Assembly (NCBI GenBank): GCA_033442325.1
Contig: JAWQFM010000010.1
Location: 511,437-575,436 of the forward strand
Direction of reading: 5' to 3'
From: Salpingoeca rosetta
Taxonomy: Eukaryota; Protista; Choanoflagellata
DNA length: 64,000 nucleotides
This document shows, piece after piece, positions 1 to 26,584 of the stretch (the first letter of the stretch is position 1; every line of letters begins with the position of its first letter). The position numbers were made by a program, and so were the translations under genes. The notes beneath the pieces were generated by a model. The model had not been told where the DNA came from and ran no database searches. It saw nothing but the letters and a program-made list of their open reading frames with translations.

Positions 1-179
1 TGTGCGCGTGTGCGTGCGTGTGTGCGCGTGTGTGTGTGTGTGTGTGTGTGTGGTGTATGTGTGGTGTATGTGTGCGTGGTGCGTGTGTGCGCGCGTGTGT
101 GTGTGTGTGTGTGTGTATTCACCGTCACGTGAACATACACGCACGCACGCACACATGCATACGAGCACATAAGCACTCA

Positions 180-311
180 CTGCGAAGAGGATGCCGGGCT
201 TGTTTCCAAACGTGCCGTACAGGCCGAGGAAGGCCACAAACACCAGGAGCGACCACGCAGCAATAATTCCACCTACAGCGCCAATCATGGATCGAAGATG
301 AGACCATTAGG

Positions 312-344
<33 letters not shown>

Positions 345-784
345 CGCACACATCCGAACACAGGAACGACAACAGCATGTGAAACATGCATGCATACATG
401 CGACACAATGCACGGCCGATCAACCAGGAAAGCAAAAGCAAGCAGGCGAGAACGCAAGCCATTATCCCTCCCGCCGCTGCAGATGCAGCAGCATAGAACG
501 CACCAAATGCAGGCAAGTTGACGTTCACTTTGCCCTGCGCCGTTGCCACCACAGCAATCACCATAATGCCAAGCAACTAAACCAACAACGGGCGCCAAGA
601 TGTGAGCGGCAAGAGAGAAGCACATACACACGCACAGCCGCATCCGCACACACGCACACACACACACACAGAGCCGCACACGCACACACACACACACAGC
701 CGCACACACCAGGTAGAGGCTGTTGATGATGAGAAGGTACACGGCCGAAGCCGGGCACGACTTCTTGTGCGTCTCCGAGGTCAT
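180..784 (-). CDS. Tetraspanin (TSPAN13/31-like), 5' exons; gene continues beyond the left edge
   Basis: Exons ~784-710 (MTSETHKKSCPASAVYLLIINSLYL), ~576-504 (LLGIMVIAVVATAQGKVNVNLPAF) and ~273-180 (GGIIAAWSLLVFVAFLGLYGTFGNKPGILFA) with GT-AG borders. They match the tetraspanin TM1 (N-x-L-Y) and TM2 (FLGxxG) pattern. Confidence 0.75.
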
Positions 785-896
785 GGCGTTGCCTTCTGTG
801 CTCGTGTGGACGTCCTCGTCTTGTCCTGCTCCTATTTGGCTGTTGTCGGTCGTTCTGTTTCGCCTGTATCCGTTTGTGTGTGCGGTTCGTGCGCAA

Positions 897-1091
897 TTTT
901 ACCACCTGACAATAGATTTTACCAACTCGAGGACTGCTTTTACCACCAAGTCATTTTACCACTTTTGTTGCTGAAAAACTGACGGCGGACAAATCGAGGC
1001 CGCGAAATTTTCGCCGCGCGACACGATTGACGACACTCGTTTTGGGTTGAGAGGTGGGGATGCACCACCATCGATTGTTGTGAGCAGCAAC
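897..1091. promoter_or_regulatory. Putative bidirectional promoter with repeated TTTTACCA motif, GCGAAATTTTCGC palindrome and X-box-like site
   Basis: Microsatellite-free interval between divergent genes. TTTTACCA at 897, 917, 938 and 954; palindrome at 1002-1014; GTTGTG-AGC-AGCAAC at 1077-1091. Confidence 0.45.
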
Positions 1092-1282
1092 GTGGGTGCT
1101 GGTTGGCTTGTGTTTGGCTTTGCTTCGCTGTGTTGCCCACCGATCTTGCCTGTGAGTGCAGTGCAAGTGCATGTATCGTCAGCTTCTTCGTCGTTCATGT
1201 TCGTTATGTTCATTTGTGTGTGTGTGTGTCTGTTTTCTGCTTCGGTTGTTGCTGCTTCGGTTGTTGCATTTCACGACAGCAG

Positions 1283-4602
<3,320 letters not shown>

Positions 4603-5113
4603 GCAAACAGCACGCTCGAACCAACACAAGAGCCATCATCTCTTCTTTCTTGCTTCCTTCATTCCTTCCTGTCTTGCTTCCGTTTTCCCTCGTTAACACA
4701 TGCACGCACACATACATGCACGCATATGCACAGATAACACGCTTGCGCGCCGTAAAGTCCCGCATGCAATACACATCACCAGCTTTGTCAGTCTTCAAGC
4801 AAATGAATCATGTAATCACTCTTGCATACAGTTGTATTTGCTCCTGGCCATCACCATCCCATATCCCGCAAAACACGCATGGTGCATCCTAGCAACAACA
4901 AACGCACGGTGTAGACCAAACACGGGTCACACACACGCACACGCACACACCACACACGCATGCACGCAAACTCATGCTGCAAACCAAATACGAATCACAC
5001 ACACACACACACTCGTGGTGCAAACCAAACACAAGTTAAACACACACACGCGCGCGCGCCAATACAAAGCAAGCAAAGCGACCAAAGCAGCCAACGCATG
5101 CAAATGCCAACTG

Positions 5114-15586
<10,473 letters not shown>

Positions 15587-15591
15587 GGTGC

Positions 15592-15653
<62 letters not shown>

Positions 15654-15664
15654 TGTTTGCTTGC
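15592..15664. repeat. (GCTT)n tetranucleotide repeat immediately 5' of the antiporter ATG
   Basis: Direct reading; (AAGC)n on the coding strand. Confidence 0.9.
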
Positions 15665-16184
15665 TGGTGACTGCGAGCTTGCCAACAGAACTGTAACGGG
15701 CGGGTGAGTGAATGTGGTTATATGTGTTGTGGAAATGTTTTGTTGAATGTGGTTATTTGTGTATGTTTATGTGTGCGTGAATGGGTGAGTGAGTGAGCTG
15801 TGTGCAGCTGCGCGAGTGTGCAGAAGGTATCCACGCGCACAGGCACCAACCATCAGCAGGCAAGGCAAGCGAGCAAAGCAAGCGAGCGACCAAGCAAGGC
15901 AGCGCACCACCATCACCTCCATCACTACTTACCTTATCTTGTTCTTGCGCTCACACGAACAACGTGCTGTGTGTCCGGTGTCTGTGCAGCTTTTCTTTTG
16001 GAGCGAAATTTTCGTGTGAATTCAATGAAGATGTTCACAAATTTTCTACAACGACGGCGCAACGCAGCGACCAACGAAGAGGAGAACAACGCACGCAGTG
16101 CATTTGCCAGCGGTTTGGTGTGTGCTTGTGCGTGCTTGTGCGTGCCGTGTTGCTGCCTGACTTGCGTGTCACATCACTGTCGTC

Positions 16185-17163
16185 ATGGACGGGAACAGCA
16201 GTGGCGATTCTCCGGCGGTGGACGTGGAGCACCATGTGCAGCACGCCAACGTGGGAGAAACAAGTCGTCCTGACAACACAGGAGGTTAGATGGGCAATCC
16301 TTGTCAACTGTGGCAACTGCGCTGGTGTGCAGTGTGATGTGAGAGTGTTTGTGTGTATTTGTGTTGATGTGAGAGTATTTGTGTTGATGTGTGGATGTGT
16401 GGACGTGCACAGGAGTGGGAGGGCAGTGTGATCTGCTCACTTGTGTGTGGCTCACGTCGAGTATGTTCATGTCCAACTTATTTTTTTTTTGTGTCGATCT
16501 GCTGGAAGGTGAGGGAGGGATGTCCGACAAGATGTCCTTTGCCCCCGCAAACCCAATGCGCAAGACCAAACTTTGCAAGGCATTCACTGAGACAGGTTCG
16601 ACGTATAGTGCTGCAGCTGGCGTTGTTTAAGTTGTTGTTGTTGGTGGTGGTGGTGTTGTTGTTGTTGTTTAAGAAGTTGTTGTTGTTGTTGTTGTTGAAG
16701 CTGTTGTTGTTGAAGTTGTTGTTGAAGCTGTTGTTGTTGAAGTTGTTGTTGTTCTTGTTGTTGTTCTTGTTGTTGTTCTTGTTGTTGTTCTTGTTGTTGT
16801 TCTTGTTGTTGTTCTTGTTGTTGTTATACCCAGTGATGCATGCTCACACACAGCTGCCGTGGGGGTTTTGTCTGTAACCTACGCAGGGAACTGCGAGTTT
16901 GGCGACGAGTGTTGGTTTGCACACGGCGAAAACGAACTTCGCAAGCCAGGTAAGTGCGTGCACCATCGTTACGAGCAACCTGTCATGGCTGAAATTGGAA
17001 GCGTCGTGGTGCATGCAGCACTCATTCCTCGCTACAACACCACTAACGCCACCGACTGAACAACACTTGTTTGTTTGTCATCAGGGCCCCTGCACCCGCG
17101 CCAGCGCATGTGCAAATTCGTCCTCATGCGGTGAGCACTGCGTCTGTGTCTGTCTGTCTGTGA

Positions 17164-17225
<62 letters not shown>

Positions 17226-17758
17226 CTGTCTCTGTGTCTCTGCGTGCGCGCGCCTGTCCCTGTGTCTGTGTCTGTGTGTGTCGAATGGTACATGGCTTGC
17301 CACCCGCCCTCGCCGTGCATGGACAGATGTGCTGTGAACATGGCCGCCAGTCTTCACGTTGTCGCTGTCTCGCCCGCACTGACCTTCAACCACTGATTAC
17401 ATTGTGCTGCCTGTTGTGTGAAATAGACGCCCGTGCCCATATGGCCTCGAGTGCTACTTTGCTCACTCGGCCGAAGAACATGAGGGCTGCACTCAAGGGT
17501 ACGAGCACCGACGATGTTTCCGCCGTGCAGTACTATTAAGGGTGAAGCCCTTTCGAGTGAATTGTTGAGCGTGTTGGACGCGAGGGGGGGAGTTTTCCCG
17601 GTTTAGATGTCGTCATTTCAGCGACCCGGCTGGATATACTTAGTCAGTCTCCTAGTTTGTTGTCAGGTCCCTGCCCGGCTAATTCGATATTCGAGAACGC
17701 GTCAGGTTCCTAGATCCATGCGTCTACGGGTCAGATAGTCGGACGGCTGAGTGGTACG

Positions 17759-17839
<81 letters not shown>

Positions 17840-19405
17840 TCATTCGTACACGTGCGGAATGCAGAGCCCACGGCGACGCCGCCGCCCCGCAAACCGGGGC
17901 CACGCCCCCCGTTTGGATTTCCGTTCCGCGGACCCGCCCCCATGCGACCAGGTGGTGGTGCTGTGTGTTGTGTGTTGTGTGTGTCTGAATGCTTGCTCGT
18001 GGCAGCCACTCATCGTTGGTTGATGCGTGATGCATCTGAACTCTGAGAATTACCCACAAGTCACAAGTCTCACCACCACCACACAATACAACACACAACC
18101 CCCACACCACCACAACGCTCTGCTGGTGCTCAGGGCGGCCTCCGTTTGGCGGCTCGCGCTACCGGCCCCCAATCCCGCGCCGGCCCATTTGCCCGCAGGT
18201 GCACACCACTCACCCGATTGTGGTGGTGCTGCTGCTAATGGCAGTCACGACATGCACGCATTGCGTGCACATGACGCAACCGCATGCACGCTGTGACACA
18301 CGCAATTGTGCATATTCCTCTACGTGTCTCCACCACAAGTGTCTGCCTCTGTTCGTTTCTGTCAATGCTGCATTGTCAACGCAGAAGCTCACACACACAC
18401 ACGCACGCACGCGCATGCACGCATACCGCTTTTGTCTCCTAAAAACAAACGTGATTGCCTGCAGGCATTCCGCGGCCGCCCGCCCTTCCCTCCTGGTGGC
18501 CGAGGTGGGATGGGACCATGCGTAGCTCTGACTGATTCACGCCACCGCCACACATCATCCATGCACACCACAACCCCAACACCCGAACACGTACAGGCAT
18601 GCTTGCACGCACACTTGTACACAAACGCGAACTCGTGCATGCAGGCATGCACACCGCTCACACGATTTGCGTGCCATCTTGCAAACGGACAGGATATCCG
18701 CGTGCACCCATGCCTGGCGCCATGCACCCGGCTGCCCCGCAGGCCACGGCCCCACATGCGCGTGCAGGTGGCATGACGCAAGCAGGCGACGTGGCCGGCT
18801 TTGCACGCATGCAGGGCGGATATGCAGCTGTTGGGTACGGGCAACACGCCACAGCGGCAGATGCGCAGCTGCAGCATGGCGGGGCGCATCATCCCCAGCA
18901 CCAGCACCAGCACCAACTGCACCAGCAGGGTTTGCAGCAACAACAACAACAACACCACCAGCAGCACCAGCAGCAGGCGTTTGGCATGACAGCCCACACG
19001 ACGCCGGCCGCTGTTCAGTCTGCAGCGACGCTTGCGCAGTTCACGCACCACCCGTCGCCGGCCCAGCAGAGCATGCACGCCCACCAGCAGCATCAGCATC
19101 AGCACCAACAGCAGCACGCGCAACAGCAGCAGCACCAGCACCAGCACCAGCAGCACCAACAGCAGCAGCAGCAGCAGCAGGTGCCCTCTGCCGCGTATTA
19201 CGACCAGTACTTTTTCGCGGGCGCATACACGCAGCAGGGCGTGGCCCAGTCGCCTGTTCCTGCGCTCTCCCCAGTGACTGCGCCGGCACCGCAGGCGTTT
19301 GGCGGGTTTGCAGCGCAGCAGCTGCAGGCCTCACCAATGCCGCAGACGACCAACGCACAGGCAACAGGCGCCTACTTCCACTTCCAGGCCGAGCACATGC
19401 AATAG
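16185..19405 (+). CDS. Tandem CCCH zinc-finger RNA-binding protein (TIS11/ZFP36-like fingers) with P/R/G-rich and Q/H-rich C-terminus
   Basis: Spliced fingers RKTKL-CKAFTETGNCEFGDECWFAH and RQRM-CKFVLMRRPCPYGLECYFAH, both C-x8-C-x5-C-x3-H. Downstream exons are frame-consistent to the stop at 19405, apart from an anomaly at 17480-17865. Confidence 0.82.
17499..17757. other. Compositionally anomalous, repeat-free segment of unknown origin
   Basis: No CA/TG microsatellite, many TA/TAG words rare elsewhere in the window, and bounded by two donor-like GTACG sites (17499 and 17754). Confidence 0.55.
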
Positions 19406-19428
19406 TAGCCCGCTGTGTGTGCGTGTGT

Positions 19429-19463
<35 letters not shown>

Positions 19464-19544
19464 CGTGTGTGCGTGTGTGCGTGTGTGCGTATGCGTGTGT
19501 GTGTGTGTGTGTGTTCGTTCATGTCTGTCTGTGTGTCTCTGTGT

Positions 19545-19628
19545 CTTTGCCTGCCCACTCGTGTCTCTGCCTGTCCACTCGTGTCCCTGCCTGCCCACTC
19601 GTGTCTCTGCCTGTCCACTCGTGTCCCT
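19545..19628. repeat. ~20-bp minisatellite (gcctgYccactcgtgtcYct) x4
   Basis: Direct tandem units in the 3' flank of the CCCH gene. Confidence 0.85.
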
Positions 19629-19956
19629 TGGCTGCAATCTGTTTGTTTCGGTGTGGTGTCACTGATGTGTGTTCGTTCATGTGTGTGTGTGCGTGTTTGG
19701 ATGCTTGCTGAGATTCGCTTGATGAACAACAACAACATGTAAACGACAACACAGCCGCCACCACTGCAAATGCCAACCTTGACGTAAGCAGAGAGGGTGA
19801 ACAGAGTGATGTGAGGCGATGGGATGGTGGTGGGATGTGAGAGCACACCATGTCACATGTCATCATGTCAATCACATCTCACATCACAAGCCAACCACCC
19901 CCCCCCCCCCCCCCCTCTCCCAATTTTGATTGCGACAGCAAGAAGTGCAGTTGGAT

Positions 19957-21504
19957 ATGAGCGCTCAACAACAACAACAACGACGACGCACGGCTACCAG
20001 CAGAAGTGGCAGTGGTGGCCGTAGGCACACCTTCTTCATTGGTGGCAACAATGGCGTTGATCTCATCGCAGGTCAGTGAGAGGGGGAGCGGGCGGAGTGT
20101 GTATGTGCTGATCGTGCCGGGAGAGGCGGGGAGGGGGTTGTGTTGCATGCCAATGTGTCTGTGTCTGTGTCTGTGTCTGTGTCTGTGTCTGTGTCTGTGT
20201 CTGTGTCTGTGTCTGTGTCTGTGTCTGTGTCTGTGTCTGTGTCTGTGTCTGTGTCTGTGTCTGTGTCTGTCTGTCTGTGTGGGAGGAGGGAGCTGGGTGT
20301 TGGCGGGAGCGAGGGAATGGTTTTGTGATGAAGAACATTGTTGTTGACTGCACTCGCACACATGCACGCACATCGCAGGACCGCTGCTGGAGCGAGGGTG
20401 GGTCCGTGTTGACGATCCGGCTTCTTCCGAGGTTATACACAAGCACCATGATGAAGTACCGCAGTTGTATGTGTGTGTGTGTGTGTGTGTGCTGATGTTG
20501 CGTACCGAAACGATCTCCATTTCCTGCCTCCGACTCACGCTTTCTCACTCACTCACCCTCACATTCACCCTTACACTCACACACACTTACTCGATAATAT
20601 GCCTTTCGTGCTGTGCTCTGTTGCTTGACTCAGTTCACGCTGAAGTGGGTGGAGGTGCGCAAGCAGATTGACTTCAAGGCGTTTCGCCCAGGTTTGTCCC
20701 CTGGGCCTGCTTGGCCGTGTCGTATCGCACCCATGTGCAATTGCATTCTGGTGCTCATACGCTCACGCCCGGCTCTTCCGGCAAGAAGTGCTCACGCCGC
20801 ATCACGTTGTGTCACTGTGGCGATGACAGGGAAGCAGTTGCTGGCGAGGAATCCCAAGATCTCCGTGGTTGCATCAAAGGCAAAGCTGATCGACACGCTG
20901 CGCAGTTATGAGCGCGTTGCACAGCGCACAACGGCCACAAAGCTAAAGATGGCAGACTTCTTTCCGCAATCCTTCAAGGTCGACGATCTCAGGTGCGCCA
21001 TCCACCTTCGTGCACTGCTGTCCACTCCCTTGCTGCTGTTGCCGCTGCTGCTGTTTTAAGTTGTTGTTGTTGGTGGTGCGTTTGTATGTGTACGTCTGCG
21101 TGTGTGTATGTGCGTGTGTGTTTGTCTGTCTATCTGTGTGTCTCTGTTGTCGCTGTGCCTGCCTTTGCTGCCATTAGCAGTTGAGCCAGTCAGCTTGTAA
21201 CCACTCCAGTCCACATCCAACTGCTCATGCTGACTTGTACTGCCGTGGGTGCGCGCGTGTTTCTCTGGGCAGTGAACGACGGGAGTTCTTTGCTGCTGTG
21301 AAGAAGGATCCCAAGGCTGTGTGGATCTGCAAGCCCACGGGCATGAACCAAGGAAAAGTAAGCGCGTTGAATCGCAGACACCCACGCAGTGTGCATGTGT
21401 ATGATGGTTGTGATGATGATGATGGTGTGTGTATACGTGTGTGTGTGCAGGTGAGTGTGTGTGTGTGTATGTGTGTGCAGGTGTGTGTGTGTGTGTGTGT
21501 GTGC

Positions 21505-21543
<39 letters not shown>

Positions 21544-22825
21544 CGTGCGTGTACAGGCTTCGTTGCATGCCCACCTGTCAGCACGGTGCGCCACGCTGTG
21601 TGCGTCAAACTCAAAAACGCACAACATCGTGCCTGCTTGCTTCTGTACCAGGGTATATTTATCGTCAAGGACGCGCAGCAGTTTGTGGCCGAGCTGAAGG
21701 AGGAAAGCGCACGGTTGCGGCAAGGAAGACAGAGGTGTGCCCAGGGCATTTCTTTGCTGGATTGCACATGAGTCAGCGACGACACACCCACTCACTCCCA
21801 CTCTCTCACTCTCTCCCATCCTCTCTTCCCTCTCTCACTTCCTCGCTCTCCCACTCTCCCACTGCCCCACTTTCTCACTCTCTCATTCACTAGCATTCTT
21901 GTTCAGTCACTCATTATCACTCACTTGCACCCACGCACGCACGCAAACGGACATCATCACCGGCCATCCCGCTCTTTCTCACGCCCCTTCAAGGCCAAAG
22001 ATGGCGAGGGTGGTGCAACGATATCTACAGCGCCCGCTGCTGCTGCAGAGGCGAAAGTTTGACATACGCGCATACATGCTCATCGCGTGGACGCAGCCGT
22101 TCCTCGTGTACTTCCACCATGGGTACCTGCGACTGAGCCTTTCGGAGTACAGCGCAGACAGCTTTGATGACACCGCAGCGCACCTCACCAACCAGTACCA
22201 GCAGAAGCGCGTTGAGGGCTTTGCTGACCGCAAGCAGGACAGCATGTGGAGCATGGACCAGTTTGTCGAATACCTTGCAACGGAGGAGGGTCGCTCAGCG
22301 GTTGCGGAGGGAGCACGGCACAAGCTCGACGGCCCCGCCGCACGCCCTGGCGATGGTGGTGGTGGTCGTGGCAGTGGTGGTGATCGGGCTGACACCAGCA
22401 ACAACGACGGCGACAGCAGCAGCAGCAGCAGCCATGATGATGGTGATGCACGGCAGCAGGGCGAGAGCGCACTAGCTGGGGCGCGGCACTGGGTCAACCA
22501 TGTCCTCACGGATCGCATGAAGGCCATTATGACCCATGCTTTCCTCAGTGCGCGCCCTCACCTGGACCGCAGCCCAGGGCTGTTTGACCTGCTTGGCTTT
22601 GATTTCATGATCGATGACGAGCTCAACGCATGGCTGATTGAGATCAACGTGAACCCAGCCCTGCACACCACGTGCAAGCCATGCCAGGACCTTTTGCCCG
22701 GCATGATTCGCACGGTTGTGGACATGGAGCTTGACCTGTTTCAGCAGTACACCAAGTCAAAGGCACCCGTTCGCCCCCCAGCAGACACCGGTGACTTCAG
22801 CCTCATTCACAAGGGCAAGCGGTGA
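19957..22825 (+). CDS. TTLL10: Tubulin-tyrosine-ligase-like protein, TTLL10-type (poly)glycylase
   Basis: Seven exons: [86 protein letters not shown]. The FxIGGxNG and WICKPTxxNQG motifs are typical of TTLL10. Confidence 0.88.
20155..20270. repeat. (TGTGTC)n hexanucleotide repeat, intronic
   Basis: Direct reading. Confidence 0.92.
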
Positions 22826-22907
22826 CATCACCACAGGAGACCCGGCGGGCTGTGCGTTTGTATGTATGTCTGTCTGTCTGTCTGTGTGTGCGTGTCTGTG
22901 CGTGGCT

Positions 22908-22939
<32 letters not shown>

Positions 22940-23318
22940 CTGTGTGTGCCTGCCTGTCTGTGTGTGCCTGCCTGTCTGTGTGTGTGTGTGTGTGCGTATG
23001 TGTCTTTTGTGTCTTTGTGCGTCTATGCCTTTGTTTGTGGCTTGGCGCCACAAGGGCTGGACGTGTGCGTTGCTTGTTCTCATCTGCGTGTGCAACTCAC
23101 AGCACAATGCTATCGTGCGATTGGTGCCACTCTTGTTTCTGACATCAAATCCACTGCTAATCATCAACCAATGCATGCGTAAATAAAGGATGACAAACGA
23201 GAGACCGCCATTGTATGAGCGTCACGAAAGAATATTTGCGATGATCGTGATGATGACATGAAACACGTTACATTACATTACTCGAGTTTTACAACCCCTT
23301 TGCTCTGCTCACGGTTGA

Positions 23319-23470
23319 TTTTCCCGCCAAAATCAAAAGCAGTCCTTGCGCTGATCTTCTTCATTTGGTAGTCAGTTGGTTTGTTCTTCTTATTGCCCCC
23401 TCACCTCTCACCTCTGCTCTTCTGCTGTTGTTCGCCGTTTGCTCCGTGCTGTCGCTGTTGCCACGGGAAC
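23319..23470 (+). promoter_or_regulatory. Candidate E2F site (23319-23332) and RFX X-box (23457-23470) upstream of the RNF212-like gene
   Basis: TTTTCCCGCCAAAA is an overlapping double E2F consensus. GTTGCC-AC-GGGAAC is close to the X-box GTTGCCATGGCAAC. Confidence 0.4.
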
Positions 23471-23582
23471 GCGTGCTTGGCTTGCTTGCTTCCTTGTCTT
23501 CTTGTCGCATCACGCCCGCTTGCTTCGCTGGCATCGTCAACTAGTCAAGGCTCTCCACCACATCACAACACCCCCATGAGCA

Positions 23583-26235
23583 ATGGTGAGTCAGTATGTT
23601 GACGCTCCAATTCGAGACACCCCTTGCATTGAATGCCTTCCTCTCCTGCATCTCACGGCGTGCACAACCACCTCAACAACGCTATGCTTCATCGACACAG
23701 GATTGGTTTCTGTGCAACCACTGCAAGAAGCCATACTCCAACGATGCTGCATTTGTGCTCACCAAGTGTGCGCATATCTTCTGCAGCGCTTGCACGGCAG
23801 GTACGGTGCTACTGATGGCGGCGGTGCGGCATGCACCGATTCATGGAGTGAGGGAAGCAGTGGAAGACAGGGACAGAGACAAAATCACACACTCACACAC
23901 TCACACACTCACACACTCACACACTCACACACTCACACACTCACACACTCACACACACAACACAGCACAACACAGCACAACACAGCACAGCACAGCACAA
24001 CACAGCACAACACACCCCTTGATCTGCCCCTTCTTCAATTCACTGAGTCATCGACCCTACATGGGCCTTTGCTTGCTCTGCTTGACGCAGGACGACAGCA
24101 GTGCTTGGAGTGCGGCAAGCCCTTGTCAACGCTGCGCATTCACAGAGAGATGACGACTGGCAAAGAGGTGTGTTGTTCAGTCTTGGTGAGGGTGTGAGTA
24201 CAGGGCACAAGATGTTGACTCTCGACGGAGCCATGTTTGCTCTTTCTGCTCACTGCGCTGGGACCCAACGCTTTCCTTTTCCTCCCTACATGCCCTTCCC
24301 CGAACACACAGTTCTTCGCACAGACATGGAATCACACGCAGCAAGTCACCTCAGCACTTGCCAAAGCGACAAAAGTACGCGCGCCTGCGCACGTGTGTGT
24401 GTGTGCGCGCGCGTGTGTGTGTAGCCGTACCTGCGCTTGTGTTTGTGTTTGTCTGCTGTCTTCGCTTCGTGCTGTGTTGCTGTTGCTTCCTTCCTCCATC
24501 TCCTGCTTTACGCGTCTTGGGGTGGAGGACCCAGCACGTGGAGAGCTCCTTCACGACCCAACGGTACATCTTGCTTGCGTCACACCGCTTTGGTACTGAC
24601 TGCCTGCCCATCGTCATGTCACCAACTTGCAAAGGTGGACGCGTTCCGGTACCAGCAGATGAAGCTGGCATTGAAGAAGTTGTACAGGGAGAACCAGGAG
24701 CTGCAAGCGACGCTGAAGCGGCTCAAAAACACCAGCAAGGCAGCGCCTGCGTCGGCAAAGCAGCTCAGCAACTATCATAGCCAGGCAAGCACAACAGCAC
24801 GACGAGAACAGCAGCAACGACAACAACAACAGCAGCAGCAACGGCCGCGATATGATCAGCCGCAACACCAGCATTTACAACAAGCCCACCACCACCCCAT
24901 CAACCAGCAAACCCCGATGCAGCACAACCAGCAGCGCCACCACTATCCACAGCAACACCTGCAGCCACGCCATGTCAACCCTCATGGACCTGGTGCCGCG
25001 ATTACACCTAACCGTCCTCCCATGGACAGGCCTCGCTCCACCTACGACCGTGGACCAAGGTGTGTCATAAGAACCTGCCGGGGTCAGGCAGGCAACCAAT
25101 AGTGTCATGTCATTTATGTCATTCATGCCATTCCAGCACGCTCATAGGCCTATGCCAGGGGCTTGTGCACCTTCATGTCCATTCCTCCCTGCAATGTAAC
25201 CCGGATTGTATCTCCCCGCTTTGCATAGCCCCATCACGCCGCTCTCTGCTCGACGGCAAGCTCCAGGGTCATCTTCAGCAAGGGTAATTAATGCCTTCTC
25301 AGACAATGCTGTGGCATTGTGACATGATGCCCGCTTCCGCGCTTTTTGTGTTTCACACATCTGCACACGCACATGTATCACATGCTCTTGGGGCTATTTG
25401 TTTCACCCTCCCGTCCCAATGCGTGACCTGTGTCTCGCCTGTGTTTAGCTGGCGCCACCGTCTGTTCGCCTGAGTATTCGAAAGTCACCCGGCAAGTCGA
25501 GAAGTGAAATGAATGCTTCAATGGATACGTTTGCTTTCCTTGCCACGCGTTCGTGCCGAGCGATGTTTGAAGCCTGTTCTGGGGGCTGCGTGAGACCCAT
25601 TCCGATCACACTGCTCGTATCGCTCACACGCATCCTCTCCGACGCTTTTGTTTTCCTCCCCTACAACCCTACTTCTATAGCGGATGCCATGGGTGGACCG
25701 TCCCCTCGTCGCTTTGGCGGCCATCTGCCACCCGCACAACACCTGGGCGGCACCGGAACAGTGGCAGCAGCAACAACAACAACAAGGGGAGGAGGCGTAG
25801 GAGGCGGTGGAATTGGCATGCTTCTCGGGCGCCACGTGGGTGGTGGTATTTCGTCAAACTTTGCTTCGGTAAGTCTGCGCAATGCCGTGCATGCCGTGCA
25901 CGATGGCCGGTGGAGAGCCAAACACACACCACGCAGAGGATGAAGACGGAGGGGTGAGGGGGGGGGGGAGGCACGTGCTTGTCAGACTCGCAAACAAGCA
26001 AACAGACAAACAAGCAAGCAAACAAGCGAGCAAGCAAACAAGCAGGCATGTAGATGTGAACGAGTACGGTTCATCGTACATGCACCGCCGCTGGCCTGTG
26101 CATCACTCACCTCCGTTTGCCGTGCTGCCTGTGCAGATGGGCATAGCCCCGGATGGCACGCCGCTTCACAAGAAACCACATATGATTCCGCACACGGGCA
26201 GGTTTACCACACCCGCATTTTCAACATCCATGTGA
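23583..26235 (+). CDS. RNF212: RNF212/RNF212B (Zip3/ZHP-3)-like meiotic RING + coiled-coil protein
   Basis: The ATG|gtgag start is spliced to DWFLCNHC..FVLTKCAHIFCSAC/..QCLECGKP (compare RNF212B MDWFHCNQC..SCGHIFC). It is followed by FF, a coiled coil (LKKLYRENQELQATLKRLK) and an S/P/Q-rich tail ending FSTSM*. Confidence 0.78.
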
Positions 26236-26584
26236 TCACCGTACCCCATGCCATATCTCCGCTCACAACTAAATGGACACGCGTGTGTTGAGACGTGAGT
26301 TAGCGGTTCAATTAGAGCCAAAGAGTAGAAGGCGTTGTAACATAGCACAACTCACAGAGTGTCGAGGTGCACCCCTTACACACAAACACACACACAGACA
26401 CAGACACACACACACACAGACACAGACACACACACACACACACACACACAGATAGACAGACACAGACAGATATGTAGGTAGGCAGACACAGCAGATAGAC
26501 AGACAGACACACATACACAGGCGCACACGCACAGGCACACAAATACACAGACAGGCATACAGGGAGACGCACACCAAGAACAAA

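Noticed and set aside
17440-17756. U3 snoRNA, RNase P/MRP, group I intron or hammerhead identity for the anomalous segment
   Set aside because: A few short words resemble U3 (gagcaccga, tgagcgtg, ctgagtggt) or the group I S element (atagtcggac). However, box C (TGATGA), box A, the P7 partner, the RNase P/MRP conserved regions and the hammerhead core are absent or out of order.
19929-19942. X-box upstream of TTLL10
   Set aside because: Only a weak match (ATTGCGACAGCAAG), and TTGC/GCAA words are very common in this genome.
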